From assembly GCA_013265495.1 (NCBI GenBank), contig MU057930.1, positions 1,814,057 through 1,878,056 of the forward strand: 64,000 nucleotides of DNA. The letters are read 5' to 3'. A program made the translations under genes and the position numbers. Source of the DNA: Vicugna vicugna (taxonomy: Eukaryota). The notes under the pieces were generated by a model that worked only from the letters and a program-made list of their open reading frames with translations, was not told the DNA's origin and did no database searches. How positions within the stretch are numbered: the stretch's first letter is position 1; each line of letters starts with the position of its first letter. This document shows positions 11,340 through 25,874 of this stretch, piece after piece.

Positions 11340-12927
11340 ACAGGGAATGTAAGTGGAAACAGAAACATACAGTGGAGTCAACAACAGAATAGAGTTTGTG
11401 CAGTGGAAGGAAGCAGAAATGCACAGGAGATCAAGAGGGAGTGGAAACTTCTAAGACGCAAATGGACTGGCAAAGAAAAAAGTCATCCCTGCTTATGATT
11501 ACAAGGTCCTACATGTTCAATTCCAAACTTTAGGAAAATACAGAAAAGTAAATATAAAAGAAGAAGAAAAAGAATAAGAAACAAAGGACGGCAGACAATT
11601 GAACTACACACAACGATCACTTTTAATCATATTTTATCATCCAAGCTTTTTTCAAGGGAGGATGAGATAGTTGGGAGTTAACTAACTGAACACTTGAATA
11701 GGATGTCTACCACACAGCCAGGGCTTCCTCTTCAAAGCTGATTTCAATATAGAAGTTCTGGAAATTTTGCTTTGGTGCACCAAAAATGGAATCTGTTCTT
11801 TGCCAAAAAAAAAAAAAAAATCTCCATCCAACTCACGTAGGGTGGGTCAGAAAACATGGCCTCAATTTTTTTGGTGCCTAAAATTTTCTCTTGTGCTTCT
11901 TGACACACTAAGGTTATTTGTTTGGTTTTTTAAGGCTGCTTTTTCAAGTAATTAAATTCCTCATTTAAAAATGCCAACAACAACAAAAACAACAAAATAA
12001 AACATGCCAAGTATGTTTTTACCAATTCTACATTCAGCTAGGAAACAGAATAGATGGTTCCAACAAATTATGATTATCTTAAGATTGATTTTTAAGTATA
12101 ATACTCATTTTTTTAAGTTTTTAGAACTTTTTCCTTTGCAGGGGTATAAAGCTCATTTTTCAACAACACTATCTGTACCAGTTTTAGTGTTTAGTGCTCA
12201 GATATATTAGCAAAGGTTTGAGTCAGCTATGTATGTTTTAACACAGTGGTGAATCAGATGTGATGTTTGCCACTCCCATCCAGGGTTGTTCTACTCAGAT
12301 AAGTAACATGATTCCATGTGTTCTTCTTCCTCAGTGGTTACCTTTCCTTACAAACATCCTCTACTTTTCAGATGTTCAGTGTCCTATCATTTCTGTCCTT
12401 TGCAATTCTTCTGCAGAAAGAGAAGTCCACTTTCTCGCCATGCACTTTCACGTTGGTCTCAGAGCCTATTTATTTCTCTTCCACTTTCTTCTCTGCATGC
12501 CCTCTTCAGACCCTTGGTATTTTTTTCTTCCACATGGCTTTACCCAGTTGACATTCCCTTTCACAGTTTAAATGCCACTCAAGACAATAAACAAGCAAAT
12601 GCAGACAATCTGGATTAAGAAAAGTCTCAGGAGGCATGCAAGTTGATAACCGTCCCTCACCCGCCCACGACTGCCATTCTCAGTGTTCATCCACAAACAG
12701 ACGTGGGTCGCTGGTGAGTTTTGGCTTCTTTCTTATAAGTACACTGCATGCGATGATCTTGAGGTCCTCCTATCCTCCAGAGACGCTCATTCTCCTTCCT
12801 ACCTTCTCTTTCTTCTCATCTTTTTCTTCTTGCTTGGATCATTCCTTCTCTGATCTTTCTGCCACTATTATTTTCATAATAGTGGTTACCCTGGCACCTT
12901 AACCCCAGAGGATGGACAGACGGACGG

Positions 12928-12953
12928 ACACACACACACACACACACACACAC
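12928..12953. repeat. (CA)n microsatellite
   Basis: Uninterrupted CA run. Confidence 0.95.
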
Positions 12954-14363
12954 GCTTATAATAAAGGTTTTGTCTTTTAGTCTACTTCATTCCAGTATTA
13001 GAGTTGGATTACGGTCACTGGAGACTACTTCCACGACCATATTGTGTCACAATCCAGGTACACACCAGGTCCTGGCACATCTCCAAGCGCTTGCCTGGGT
13101 AGGCGAACTCTCCATAATCCAGTTACCCCATATCACAGACCTCCTCTCGCAGGGGGAATGCCTAGGGGATTTGGGATGATCTGCATTTCACGTTATTATT
13201 TTTATGACTTACACACATTTCTAATTGTCATTCTGTTTGCCAAAAAAATTGAAACAGATGGATACAAGTGGCATGCAGGCTGACGCTGGAATCACTCATT
13301 TAAATGAACACTGTAGTGATAATGCTCATCTCACTTCTACGAGATTCTGTTCCTCTCCAAAGCAAAAGAGAGGAGAAATTGTCTTTTGACGCCATTTCTT
13401 TTGCTTCAAAACTGAAACAAAAGAAATTATCCTTTTTCAAATCCCCAATAATCCATCCATGTAGCTTCACGGCACTTTCCGCTGTGTAGGATCTGTATTT
13501 TCAAATCCAGTCTCTCTGTGTTTACCGTACAGTTTTATGGTAGCGCATGACATTTTATCTCTGATTAAAGCCCACAATCGTAGTTAAGGAGTATCCGGCA
13601 GTGTATACTGGAAAGTCTAAATTAGGAACTTTATCAAAGAAGAAGGAGATGTTTTTAACCTGACAGTTAGAAAGCCAGTGATAGATGCCTGTGGCTCAGC
13701 TTGCCAGTGATGCCCACAGGAGCCCAGGTCACCTCTTTCCATTTCACGACCCTGCCAGGGTTGGCACTGAGTTTCTACCTCGTCCTCAGGTTTGCAGCTC
13801 CTGACACGAGATCACGTCACCCCGATCCCGGTGAACGGAACGGAAGTAGTTGGTGAAAATTGTACGGGCCCCTTTTATTACCAGAAAGGAAGCTTCCTCT
13901 GAAAGAGTCCCCGTACGAGTCCTCAGGTGTCTTCCTGGCCCCACTCATCTCTGATGCCCCCTGACTACAGGCAGGTTGGGAAAGTGTACTGAAAGCTGAC
14001 CAAGTTGCGCCCAGTTCTAAGGACAGGTTTGCTCTGAAGAGGTAATTCCATTTTAATGCCTGAATGTCACTGAGCCAAGCTTAGATCACTTTTCTAATTC
14101 ATTACACCCTTCACCTGAGAGCAACAGCATAGGTGAACATTCCACCACCAGGAATCCAGCCAAATTACCGAGATTTACCCAACATCCAGTAGTGAACGGT
14201 ATCCAGCTTAAGTGCAAGGGAGACAGAAAAGAATTAGACACAGTTCTGGTGCAAAGCATTGAAGGGATAAGACTTATGGGAACAGAGTTGAATAAAAATT
14301 TAATAACAAGGAAGATACGGACCATAAAATAATATTATGAAAGTAACAACTGTCAAAAGCAAT

Positions 14364-14487
14364 TGCTCAGTGGTAGAGCACATGCGTAGCATGCACAAGA
14401 TCCTGGGTTCAATCCCCAGTACCTCCATTTAAAAATACATAATAAATAAAACCTAATTACCTCCCATCCACCCACAAAAAGACAAAA
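14364..14487 (+). mobile_element. tRNA-Ala-derived SINE (vic-1-like), slightly 5'-truncated
   Basis: gctcagtggtagagcacatgcgtagcatgcacaagatcctgggttcaatccccagtacctcca matches tRNA-Ala(AGC), followed by the shared aaacctaattacctccc segment. Confidence 0.9.
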
Positions 14488-16929
14488 GTAACTGTCAATT
14501 GCTGTTATGAAAGAAGGTGAAAGATCACTGATGAGTATCAGTCATTTATTTTCTTGTGGATTTCAAATCTCAGAAGATTATCTTATAGAAAGTCAAACTT
14601 AAATTTAACAGTTTAAAAACATCACTTGGAAATATATCTAATGACCCAGTAGCTCATTCAGAAACAGAATCCATAAACCATGTTTAATCATTTTAGAGAA
14701 GATTCCATCAGTTACACTGATGTTATTTGTCACCATAACAAGACCCACCCTTTGCTGAGGTGAGAAGCTTTATTGTGAACATTTCTAATAATTTTATTCA
14801 TCCTGAAATGCAAAATGGAGGAAAACTATCTGGATACCTGACATATGAGATAACGAAGTAGAATTTTAGTTTCTAGATAGAAAATAATGATGTGGGAGTG
14901 AAAGACGCCTGAATGTAACACAACAAAAAGCCACTACAATCATCAACTAATTCAAACTTAATATTCATGAAGCCCCCACCCAGGTGCCTGACACCACACC
15001 ACCTGTTAAATAAGACAACACCATATCCTTGAGAGGTGTCCACAGCAGCAGGACAGGTGAACATCCAAAACAAACCCTCCATCAACAAACAAACAAAAAT
15101 GTATATAACCCTTAAAACAAGAATATGAAGATGTTAGAAACACAACTTTAACTACTAAAACTGCTGGCTTTACTGAAAACTCAGTTATTTCTCAAATGTC
15201 AATACAATACATTTTAACGGTGTTGATTTTTTTTCACTCAATACAGATTTCCCATAAGCTTGGACAGAGAAACTCTCTCTTTGCTGGAAAACCTTAAAAT
15301 GTGTTCATATGAAACCCAAGTTTTATCTTAGCTCATATGAAATCTTTGCCTGAGAGAGTAAGAAACCATTTGGGACCAAAGGCACCATGTTTTCATGACA
15401 ATTAAGAAGTTAATCATCATAGCCAAGAGATGGTATATTCATGGTGGTGGGAGCCAAAAATGTGTCCATTCAAGATTAGTTTAAACTTAAAGTTAAAGCC
15501 TTTATAACAATAGTAAAATGTGCTTCTGGAACGAAATCCAAAAGCAGTGAAGCAAAAGACTCTCTAATAGAGAACTGTTCTTACCACAAGGAAGGCAGGT
15601 CCTGAAGAGTCAGGCATGTTACAGGTTTGTGCTTCCTGCCATTGTGATTGGGAGGGAAGCCCTAATCAGACTGATGTCATCCCAGTGCTGGACACAGGCA
15701 GCCGCTCTGCACCTTTTTGTACAGCATAATATCACCGACACACGCATTGTGCGCTGCATGTGGCTGGAGGGATCTCTGGATGTGCGTTGAAATCCTGGCC
15801 TCACTCTGCCATGAGCAGGATTTGAATTTTAACAGGGCAGCAGGGCCTCCCACCCAACGTCATTAATGAAGATGCTTGGGGAGAGTGCTTTATAGACAAT
15901 AGCCTGGCTCCGTCACATTGAAGTAGCACCCAATGAGCCTTTGGAGAAGTCCAGCGATCTGGCTCGTCAATGTGACACCGTCACTACAAATTCAGCACCA
16001 CGGACAGCTGATGACTACCCAAAGACTACAGAAACATCCTTGGCAAACTCATGTTCTTTTCCCCTCTTTTTTCCCCCCATGAGCTGAGATAGGTACTGGT
16101 CCACAGGATAGCGTGGATGGTGTATGTGTCCTCTTACTCTCGGGGACTGCAAGAGAAAGCTGGAGACGGATTTCCCTGGGGTTTGAGGGATATTCAGGTT
16201 TTGATGCCTGAATAATCTAGCCGTCAGGTACATCTGTCTCCACCTTGTCTTTCTCTTTTCCCTGCAAAACAAATGGAACTACTGAAGACCACAGGTGTGA
16301 AGTTCCGAACGGGGACTAACAGCCCTCCAACGGCACTATTTCTAAAGAATTCCTCCATTTTTCTAGTCATAAGGTAAGCTTTCCAATGTACTTGGAGTTA
16401 TCTGTGAATCCCAGAGCCTCCTTTTGACTTGTATGTTAAAAGCCAGTCATAACAGCACCTTTTTATGACTTCCTTCCTAGAGCTACAATCTAAACAGCAT
16501 CAAGCCTCCTCTTTATCCCCACAGCACAAGTCCAGAATCATCCCCCTGCCTTGTCTGAAAGTTAACGTCATCCATATTTTATTTCTCTTACTCTAGAAAT
16601 TGGGGGTTTTTTGCCCCCATTTTTTCCCAATAGCAGTTATGACTCTGCTTTGTACAGATATGGAACTTGATAAATATTTGCTGTTGGAATGAACTAATGA
16701 ATCATACAGCAATAGCGCCAAGCTCATATATTTTAAAGTTAGGATAACATACAGTTGGACTTGAGATTTACGATCTATTCTAGCATTGTCCCCGATGGTC
16801 AAATTTTCACCAGAGGACCTATGCCACCTTTGCCAAAGTTGTGTCACTGTGCGCCAATAGAACAGGAGAGAGGCTCACGAGAGAAAATTCATTGTGCCAT
16901 TGTGGTATTTTATGCTTTGAAGAAGGAAG

Positions 16930-17230
16930 ATGAGAAAGGCATGGTCTCTACCCTCAGGGAGTGCACGATGCAGGCGAGGGTGAAATACCCAAGGGTGGTG
17001 ACTGGAGAGGCAGTCATCAGACAATATATAAGAAACTGCATCATCAACTAGGAAAGGGTGAAATGAGGAGACACAGGTAGAAAAAACTTTTAAAGTGTGG
17101 GGTGAGAGAAGATCAAGAAAGACTACTGATCAAGAAAGAAAGATGTAAAGGCTGAGCTGGGTCTAAGAAGAGATGACTAAGTTAGAACTAAAGGGCTTTC
17201 CAAGCAGGGAAGAGGTATCAGAGAGGAAAT
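16930..17230 (-). mobile_element. L2 fragment, degenerate
   Basis: ggcatggtctctaccctcagggag...gctgagctgggtct...ttccaagcagggaagagg. Confidence 0.5.
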
Positions 17231-18496
17231 GGGTTGCTGAGCCAGCACTCTGCTCGGTGTTAATGCCCAGTGGGGGTCTTCTTAGGTCCAACTGAACATG
17301 CATGGTCAGGAGACCATCCAAGGTCAGCAGGGCACCAGCCAACTCAGAAGGATACACGACAGGGAGCTGGAGCTTGTCAGCAGGACTGCAGCAGGCATCT
17401 GGGAGCTATTGACTCCACAGGTGGCCACTCAGATGCTAAGAGACAAGATCCCTACAAGGTCCACACACATAGGGGTTAGCCTCTCCCTGGTGTAGGAACT
17501 CCTGGCTTCACAGGAGCCAACATTGCCTACAAACACCCCAGAAGCAGAGCTTCCAGGGTCCCCAGAGGGAACATGGCAGTTACGCAAGACATTGCCCTCA
17601 GGGAAGCCAAGGTTGTGACATCGCTTGTGGATTCTTGTAGTTCTTCACGGTTCTACGCAGTCCGAGATGTGCTTTCCTGAAATGGTGACCCCTGTATGGT
17701 AAGGCAAGTGACCACCATCATTGCTCCCCTGCCCTTCAACTGGCTGAAAGGTGAACAGAGCCAGACAGTCAAACAAAGGTCAGATTCTCATGTAAGGGAG
17801 TGAAGGTCTTGTCACTGTGTTACCCGCCGATACTGTTAAAGTCTGACCCCATTCAAATCATCATAGCGACAGCAGACAGCACGGCCACCTAACAGGATTA
17901 TACTGAGGAAGAGACGGAGAAGCAGAGAGAGCCAATTAGCAGCCCTGGACCAGGCAGGAGAAGGAAGTGCAATCAGGAAGGAAGAATGAGACCGAAGCCT
18001 GTATGACTGCACGTCTCTGATTCAGACTGACTCACGGAGAACCGACGGTCACGGTACGGAAGATGCTCAGGAAAACGTGTGCGAGCAAAGGGAGCTCTGG
18101 TAGCTACGCCATCACTTCCGGAGACCTTGCTGCAGGCCAGGTACTGGGCTGGTGCACCCAGCAGCCCACACGTGCACGGGCAAGAGCGCTGCCGCGGAAG
18201 CAAGAGACGCAAGCTAAATCAGAGCCTTTGGAAGCTACCGAGAAGGGCGTGCTGGAGGCGACGTGGCTACCCCGTGAGCAGCGCGGAGACAGAAAGCTTC
18301 ACGGAGAAGGCTGAGTGTGTTAGGAATCCTGAACAGAAGGGGTACCGGGTCTGCTGAGACTCTGACCTGGTCTTCGTGGACTTGATGGGCAGGGGTGGAG
18401 ACAGAACTCGTAAAGAGCAGGGAACCTCTAAAGCATTTCCGGCAGGAAAGAAAGGTGACCACATTGGTATTTCAATGTAATGCCTCTTATTTTCAA

Positions 18497-18634
18497 TTTT
18501 TTTTTGTTTTATGGGTTTCGTGGGGGACAGATAATTAGGTTGGTTCGTTTGCTTATTTTGATGGAGGTAGTGGTGATGGAACCCTAGACGTCACGCATGC
18601 TAAGCACGTGCTCTACCACTGAGCTACACCCTCC
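18497..18634 (-). mobile_element. tRNA-Ala-derived SINE (vic-1-like)
   Basis: The reverse complement is ggagggtgtagctcagtggtagagcacgtgcttagcatgcgtg...ctacctccatcaaaataa...cctaattatc plus A tail. Confidence 0.9.
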
Positions 18635-20198
18635 ACTCACCCACGTCTGCATTTTTACAGATAACTCGAGACACATCACTGAAGCTGGAGGCTCCTGAGA
18701 GGGAGACGTGACCATCATGTAGATGCAAGACAGTGGGGACCTAAGAGGAGGTGGGAGGAGAACACGGGGAGGACAGACAAGAACTGAGGTCATCTCAGGA
18801 GCAATCTCTTACGGTTTCATTCCCTTGTGGACTGGCCCCCACAGCCAGAAACATGAACTCTGCCCTGACGTAGCACCTTCTTCCCCTCCCAATTCCTCAT
18901 CACTGAAGTCAGTCTCCAAGACATACCAGCAAAATCTCTGCGTAACTCTAATCCCAAGAGGATGCCGTGATCTCTGCACTGCAGACTGACATTAGAGTGT
19001 CTGGGGGAGGGCAGAACCAACCTCACTTACAACATGGCGAAGGGGGATAAAGGTTTAGCATCACGGGTCTCTGAACACGTAAATGCAGGGGGACAAAAAA
19101 CAGCGTCATAAACAGCCCCATAAACCGGTCTTACCTGGACCCTATCAGAATTACCCACGGCTGCAACAGCTTCCAACACAGACGTGACCAGACCACACAG
19201 TAGATTAAGAGGGTCTAAGGCATTATTTAGGAATAAAGAGCTTCTGGTGGAATCTGGCTTTTTTCTTTTTTCTTTTTCCTAAGGGTTCTGATGCAGTGTT
19301 TGAGACTTTCATGGCAGCAAACATCTTACAAAGGCACAATGGTCTAGCCTTGATCGTCTCTTAGGACCCACATTGGAGGAAATGCTCTGGGGTCGGAGTT
19401 GGGACTCTCTCTGCATCGGCTCCCACACGAACCCCAGGGGAAACTTGATCCTCTCCAACCCTCCGTACTGGCTACCATGTGATGTGCCGAAAGCTTCAGG
19501 TGGCAATGCTGGATGTACTCAGCAACACTCATTACTGCATCACTGAAATAAAAATACCAATTAAGCAGACTAACCCTATGGGTCTTTCTTATTTCCTCGG
19601 CAGAGGAAAATGAGCAGTTACAAGGTTCATCTGACTGATAGCGTGTGCTACGGTTCTCAGCGCTCAGCGTTGATTTCAAATGGATGTCAATTAACACCTG
19701 AGGGTCTGTTTTTAGCATCATCGGTGATTTTCCGACCCTGAAAGAACAAAGCCCCTACTTCCAACATGTTCTTTCATTAAAATTCCAAACTGTACACTTT
19801 TTTTTTAACCTTTCTTCTTTCACTGCCACATACATCTTCAATATAAAACATCATGTACTACCTGCCAGGCCTAATACGGACACAGGTTGTGTGTTTGAAA
19901 ATGTTTGTGTTCCAATTTTGGTAACTAATCCATAGAGAGGAATTTATATCGTGGGGTGCAAACATATTTTTACGTGACCTTATCTCATAATTTGCCTTAG
20001 CATCAATAATATTACATTCTGAAATTCTACACTTCTATACACCAGTATTGTCTCATTTCTCCTCAAATTTTTCCCCCTAGCTTTAATAGGAATTGCCCCC
20101 CTTTTCCTCTCATCTCTTCTCTATGTGAGAAGCACCAAGCTAATTACCCAACCACTGACCAATTGAACCAAAAGGAAAATTAATACAGAGTGTGGCTT

Positions 20199-20575
20199 AT
20201 ACCATATGATGTCACGCATATGTGGAATCTAAAAAATAAAAAAAAAGGAGAAAAATAAACTTAAATACAAAACAGAAACAGACTCATAGACATAGAAAAC
20301 AAACTTGTGGTTGCCAGCGGGGAGGGGGGTGGGAAGGGACAGACTGGGAGTTTGAGACTTGGCAGATACTGACAGGTATATATAGAATAGATAAGTAAGT
20401 TTATACTGTAGAGCACAGGGAAATATATACAAGATCTTGTGGTAGCACACAGTGAAAAAGAATTTGAAAATGAATATATGTATATTCAGGTATGACGGAA
20501 AAATTGTGCTGTGCACCAGAAAGAGATACAACATTGTCAACTGACTATAACTCAATAAAATAAAATAAAAAAAAA
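20199..20575 (+). mobile_element. L1 3'UTR with poly(A)
   Basis: ataccatatgatgtcacgcatatgtggaatct...gagcacagggaaatatat...ctgactataactcaataaaataaaat. GGCTTAT occurs on both flanks. Confidence 0.9.
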
Positions 20576-21177
20576 GAGAAGTCAGGCTTATGAAAAGGCA
20601 AGAATTTGTAGGAAGACACTTCTTTGCCAGGTTCAGTGCATTTTTGTTTGCTTGGCAAATGGCAAGACATTTCTTCGCCTTAGTCTGTCACCAGCTTTGG
20701 AAACTGCCCATGGGATTTACAGCAATGCGCCTTGTCTGATCCCTCTGGCCCCACAGAAAGCTGGCTTCCTTGCAGCGTGACCCTGAACTCCTACTGTCAA
20801 GTTTATTACATTTCAGCAAACTTGCAAGGCTATTTCACAGGGCGAAAAACGCAACGTGTAGCCCAGAATCTCTCTCTGGGATATAATTGTTCTGTTCTTT
20901 GCATTTCTATTTTTTTCCCTGTCTTTCCCCTAGCACCCTGAATTCCTAAAGCTCATGGAGACGACCTTCATTGGCCGTGCAGTCTTAAGTGTCCCCATCA
21001 CACACTTCAAGTTACTCTCACAGTTCTTAATCACAGTCTGAAATTCTGTTCTCCAAGGATTTGTTTCCTGGTTTATCATCTGCCTCCCCCACTACAGAGA
21101 GAAAGACATTTGTGTAAACTGTTTACTAGTGTGGCCTCAGGATGAAGAACAAGGGTTCATCAGTATTCACAGAACAG

Positions 21178-21415
21178 AAGAGAAAGGAAGGAAGGAAGGA
21201 AGGAAGGAAGGAAGGAAGGAAGGAAGGAAAGGAAAGGAAAAGAAAGGAAAGGAAATGAAGGAAGGAAGAAGAAAGAAAGGAAGGAAGGAAGAAAAGAAAG
21301 AAAAAGGGAAAAGAAGAGAAAAAAGAAAAAAGGAAGGGAAAAAAGGAAGAAAGAAAAAGAAAAGAAGAGAAAAGAAAAGAAGAGAAAAGAGAAAAAGAAG
21401 GAGGGGAAGGGAAGA
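21178..21415. repeat. Polypurine (GGAA/GAAA)n tract
   Basis: About 240 bp of almost pure A/G. Confidence 0.95.
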
Positions 21416-23189
21416 CAGAGGTTCAGGCAGTGGAGTGGCCTGTGAAAGGTTCACCTCACCTGCGGCCATGCATCCACGTTGTCTCTGCTCTAAGGCCCTC
21501 TCCTCCTGCTCCTTCCCCACTAACTTCTGATCTCTGGTGACTTGTAGCATCTCACTACTGAGTTCGCCCATCCTGGCCAAGCTGGTTGTGATGGGGGATG
21601 AAGGGACAGGATTGTTTCCATGACAACCACGCAGAACAACTCTAATTATACACTCCTGACGATGTACCCAAACCCCGATGTCCACCGGGTTACGCAGTGA
21701 CCCCAGCCACTGAGACAACAGTCACCATTTTCTAATTCACCACGGATCACAAGTACCATATTGAGAGTTTCTAGATCACGTGGAAACCATTCAGGACTGG
21801 TTTCCTGTCGCTCCCTGAGTCACGGTCCGGGGGCATCTGAACGAGGTAATTAAAGGAGGGGCATGCCCTTGTAAAGAGAACTGAGAGGTGCCCTCTGTCC
21901 TTCGTCACAGTTGTCACGATGATGTTAACAGTCTGTGCGCAGTGGCCAGAGAGTCTAGCTGGAAAGGCTGCTAGCCCCGCGCCTCATCTGAAGACTGCGA
22001 GTCATCTCCTCGCCCTGATGCTCCGTGTCCACGTCTATAAAACCACGTTCATAAGTACTGTCACTTTCTGGCCCTACTAGGAAAATTCAGGTAAGGTTTA
22101 CGCCCACTGTCTACTCGAACGCTGCCCAGAAGAGACGCACATCCTAACCTCCTTGCTTAATCTGCGCCCTCGTCAAGCACCGCCCACCCCCGTCCTGGTT
22201 ACTGAGCGTAAGGACCCAGTTTACAACGCTGAGCCCATCTCTGCGCGTTCACTTCCCCCGCCGGAAGGTGCAGCCACGACAGCAGGGGGCCCCGGGGCCA
22301 GCGACGGCTGGGTCTTCAGTGTCGGGCACACAGTAGGAATTAAATAAACGCTTGTTTCGTATGAGAATAAATACCTTAAAGCAGACAGTTGTATTCAGCA
22401 CACAGTAAACACTCCACGGATGTGAGTGGCGGTTGTGTGTTTAAAACACTAAGGGGGACCTTGGCATTGTCCTCTGTGTCATTTTTGTCACCCAAAGGGA
22501 AAGGCGCTTTTGTTGATTGTAAAATTCGTAACTTCAGAGACTTTCTCACAATCATACGAGGTCATATTACCAGTTTTCCAGAGAGCTGCACACTTTCACC
22601 CCGGATCACTCAGGTGAGGTTTCACACAAGGGCCGTCAAACTCAAACCAACGCTTTCTTCAGGGTGAACATCCTCTGTTCCAGCCATTTTCTCTAAAAAG
22701 AGGTCCATGGGGACAGGAAGCAAATATATTCTGCCTTTTGGAGGAGTTGACTATTTATTTTGGAGGAGAGGTAACGTGAATGCATGAAAAATACAGTACG
22801 AATCCTATGAACGTGACAATACTTGACAGTTTTAGGTCCAAGCGAAAGTCAATTCCACGCGGTTCTGACAGAATCTGATATATACAAAGAAGATCTGATG
22901 TTCCAAGTGAGTGGTCCTGACACTCAGAATCCAAATCAGAGAGCCTTCCTCCTTTCTGGGTCGCAGACCTCTTTGAGGGGACGTTCCTTCCATTGGAAAA
23001 TACATTCTAACTAACAGAAGTGCCGTAAAGGTTAGGCGGGTATCTTAGATCACCTGGGTTCACGGCCGTCAGCTGAAAACAGCTGGTTTCAAGGATGCAA
23101 AATTATCTTCAGTATGAACGAAAGGGGATATACGCAAGGTCCACAGCGTCAGACTTTCAGGACTAAGTAGAAATTTGAAATTTAAATGA

Positions 23190-23388
23190 AAGGATTAGGA
23201 GGTTACCAACGACCAGTTACAAAGATAAATAAATCACAGGGATGTCATGACTAGCACAGGCAACACAGTCATAACATAGCGGGAACTTGGGAAGGTGTGG
23301 AATTTATGAAAAACATCAAATCACCACGTTGTCCACCTGAAACTACTGTCATCTTGTAACTCAACTGTACTCCCATAAATAAAGAAAA
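23190..23388 (+). mobile_element. Older L1 3' end
   Basis: ataaataaatcacagggatgtcatgactagcacaggcaacacagtc...ttgtccacctgaaact...caactgtactcccataaataaa. Confidence 0.75.
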
Positions 23389-24711
23389 CGTAACAGTGGT
23401 GCTTCTCTCTTAGCTGATCTAAATGTCTTCTCCAGGGATTGGCGTGTTTTACTGACAGCCGCGGACGCCGTACGGACTTAAAGCAAACTCCCTATTATTT
23501 AGGAGGAATCTATTTAGCTTGGAAACTCTCCCCGGGCTAAAAGCAACAAGGGTGCCTTTCTTTGGAAAACAAATTGACCCACTGGAGACAAGATGATAGT
23601 ATTTAAAGTAATAATCAAATCTCGATCAACAATTGCGCAGGTGTCCCCACTCTCACGGCAGAGACGGCGGCTGGAGGCCGTCAGGCAGGAGGATGCTGGC
23701 CAGCGATTTCAGACCGGAGCTTTGTCCCCGTTCCTTCCCTTCCCGGCCACCATCTCCTCATTTGCCTATAGGTCAGATCCACACCTTTATACGGCTGAGG
23801 CCACATGACCTGCAGGGCTGGCTGCAAACCACAGCCCGCAGTTAGAGGTGTGGCCACGTGCATCACTTTTGGGGTAGCTTTCCAGAACAAGTGCACACAG
23901 AGCTGCAGAAGTCAATCCTGGTTATTTTTACCTCCTCTTGTCCAGTACAAAAGTATCCTCTCCTCCAAACCCTCACGGCCCCTGGAAGGACACCCTCAGT
24001 GCCCCCAGTAGACGTCAGTCCTTCTCCACAGGGAGGGAGGGGAGTAGCACCATGCAGAAGGGCGTGTGGGTTCTCTCACGCACCTGCGTGTAGTGGCCCA
24101 GATGGACATGCACGTGTGTGCTGAGTGTGTCTCCAGGTACCTCACTTAATGGGCATCCTCAGTCTACCAAAATCAACTCGTCAGAAAGTAAGGGCCACCA
24201 CCAAAGCAGAAAGTCGTCTGATATTATGGTGTGGGATAACGAAAAGTTACGAATGTAACGGTAACTCTATCCAAGACGCCCACAAGCACACGTTCGCTGC
24301 CTGCAAACTGTTTCCCCCTTTTTTTCCTGGGTTATCTTAGTTTTCATGGCGTTTACTGAAATGCAACTTGGTGTGCATTGAGTCTAAAGAAAACGTTCAG
24401 CTTCTTAAAAGAAAAAGCCATCTGATAAACTAAAATAAAAATACACTGTCATCAGTTAGATAAGGTAAATATATTCTGCGCTTAGATTGTTGGAATAAAG
24501 AGTTTTTAACCTTTATTGTATGCACAATTCTACTTACACAGCGTGGATATCGAGTTTTCACATAAGCCTTTTCTTTGCTAAGAGAAACAAAATACAAGGT
24601 GGGCAGGGCAGCAAACAAGACAGCTGGTCTACCTCACTGGGGGGCTGGCTCAAGTTGCTGCCAAACCCCAGGGGCACTTGATACTGTTGCCTGCGGTGAA
24701 GGTTCTGGAAT

Positions 24712-25161
24712 TGTAATAGAGGAGACCAAATCTGACTCCATATTAGATCTGTTCCTTTGGCTTGAACCCTGTGCCCTGTTTTCTAGGCTTCGTCTCGCTA
24801 GCTCTGCACTCACGTAAAGGTAACAAGTTGCAGAATAGAGAATAACATTTGTTTCGTTGGAGGTTTTGCTGGAGCACCATGAGCTGGCCCAGGTGGACAG
24901 CTGCAGGAGCAAAGGATTCCTGCACCAAGAAGTTTGCAACAACCAACTACGCCCCCTCCCCTGGTTTGGTTTGGTTTGGTTTGGTTTGTATAAAAGGAGC
25001 CTGCATTCTGACTGGAGCAGGATGGCTCTCAAGACATTAGTCTGCCACCCTCTCGGTCTGCCGGCTTTCCGAATTAAGTCGCTATTCCTTGCCCCAACAC
25101 CTCGTCTCCCGATTTGTTGGCCTGTCACGTGGGAGGAAGAACGAGTTTGGACTCAGCAACA
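24712..25161 (+). mobile_element. Solo LTR, ERV1 (gammaretrovirus-like) class
   Basis: TG...CA termini (TGTAATAG...CAGCAACA), 4-bp TSD GAAT at 24708-24711 and 25162-25165, TATAAAA near 24988, degenerate poly(A) signal AATTAA near 25072. Homologous to 30487-31026. Confidence 0.9.
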
Positions 25162-25874
25162 GAATCACTCCAGGTCGGTAAAAGCCAAGGATCAGAGTGA
25201 GAAGGTGTGTCTGGGCAAGACCGTCTTCCCAGTTGGTTGATCTGCTGGACAATGTGGACCCGACAAGAGGAAAGAGTTTGCTTCCCTGGGGACAGAGGCT
25301 GGGAGACATTCCAGAGGCAAACCACTCGAGAAAAAGCATGGCCTCAAGGACTCAAAAGGACACTGGGTCTGGAAGGCATGACATTACACCATCTCACTGC
25401 TGCCAGTGCTTCCCTTCCCTCCAAACGCCATCCCCTGGCCCATGCTCGAGAAACCAGAAACCAAAACTCTGGAACAGGAAACCCAAGAGGAGTCAAAATG
25501 CCAGATGAGGCAAGAGAAATGAAGGAGTGAATGATCTCATTTTCCAACAGCAAGATTACGCCGCCAACGTCGAGCTACAAGAACTTTCTCACCGAAGATG
25601 GAGACAAAAAAACCGAGAGACGTCCCCATGTTTCTTCAACTGCTATGATGCATGAAGCCTTGGGCGATTCATGTCATGTCAAATAAATATTTTTAATAAT
25701 TCACTGAGTAATTTTCCAATATAAAATAATTACCCTCCACCCACCTTTTCGTGACCTGAACTCACCCAAGGAGATCCTATGTTTCTAATAGCCTGTAATT
25801 TGGGTAAAAGTCATCTCTCTCGTGCATTTGTCAATAGAGATTATTTGCAAAGAAGTATTTGAGAGATAGTAGGT

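Noticed and set aside
21129..21718. K/E/R-rich and F/S/L-rich ORFs (also 298-495 and 41927-42625)
   Set aside because: They are translations of polypurine or poly(A) repeats and of the N gap.
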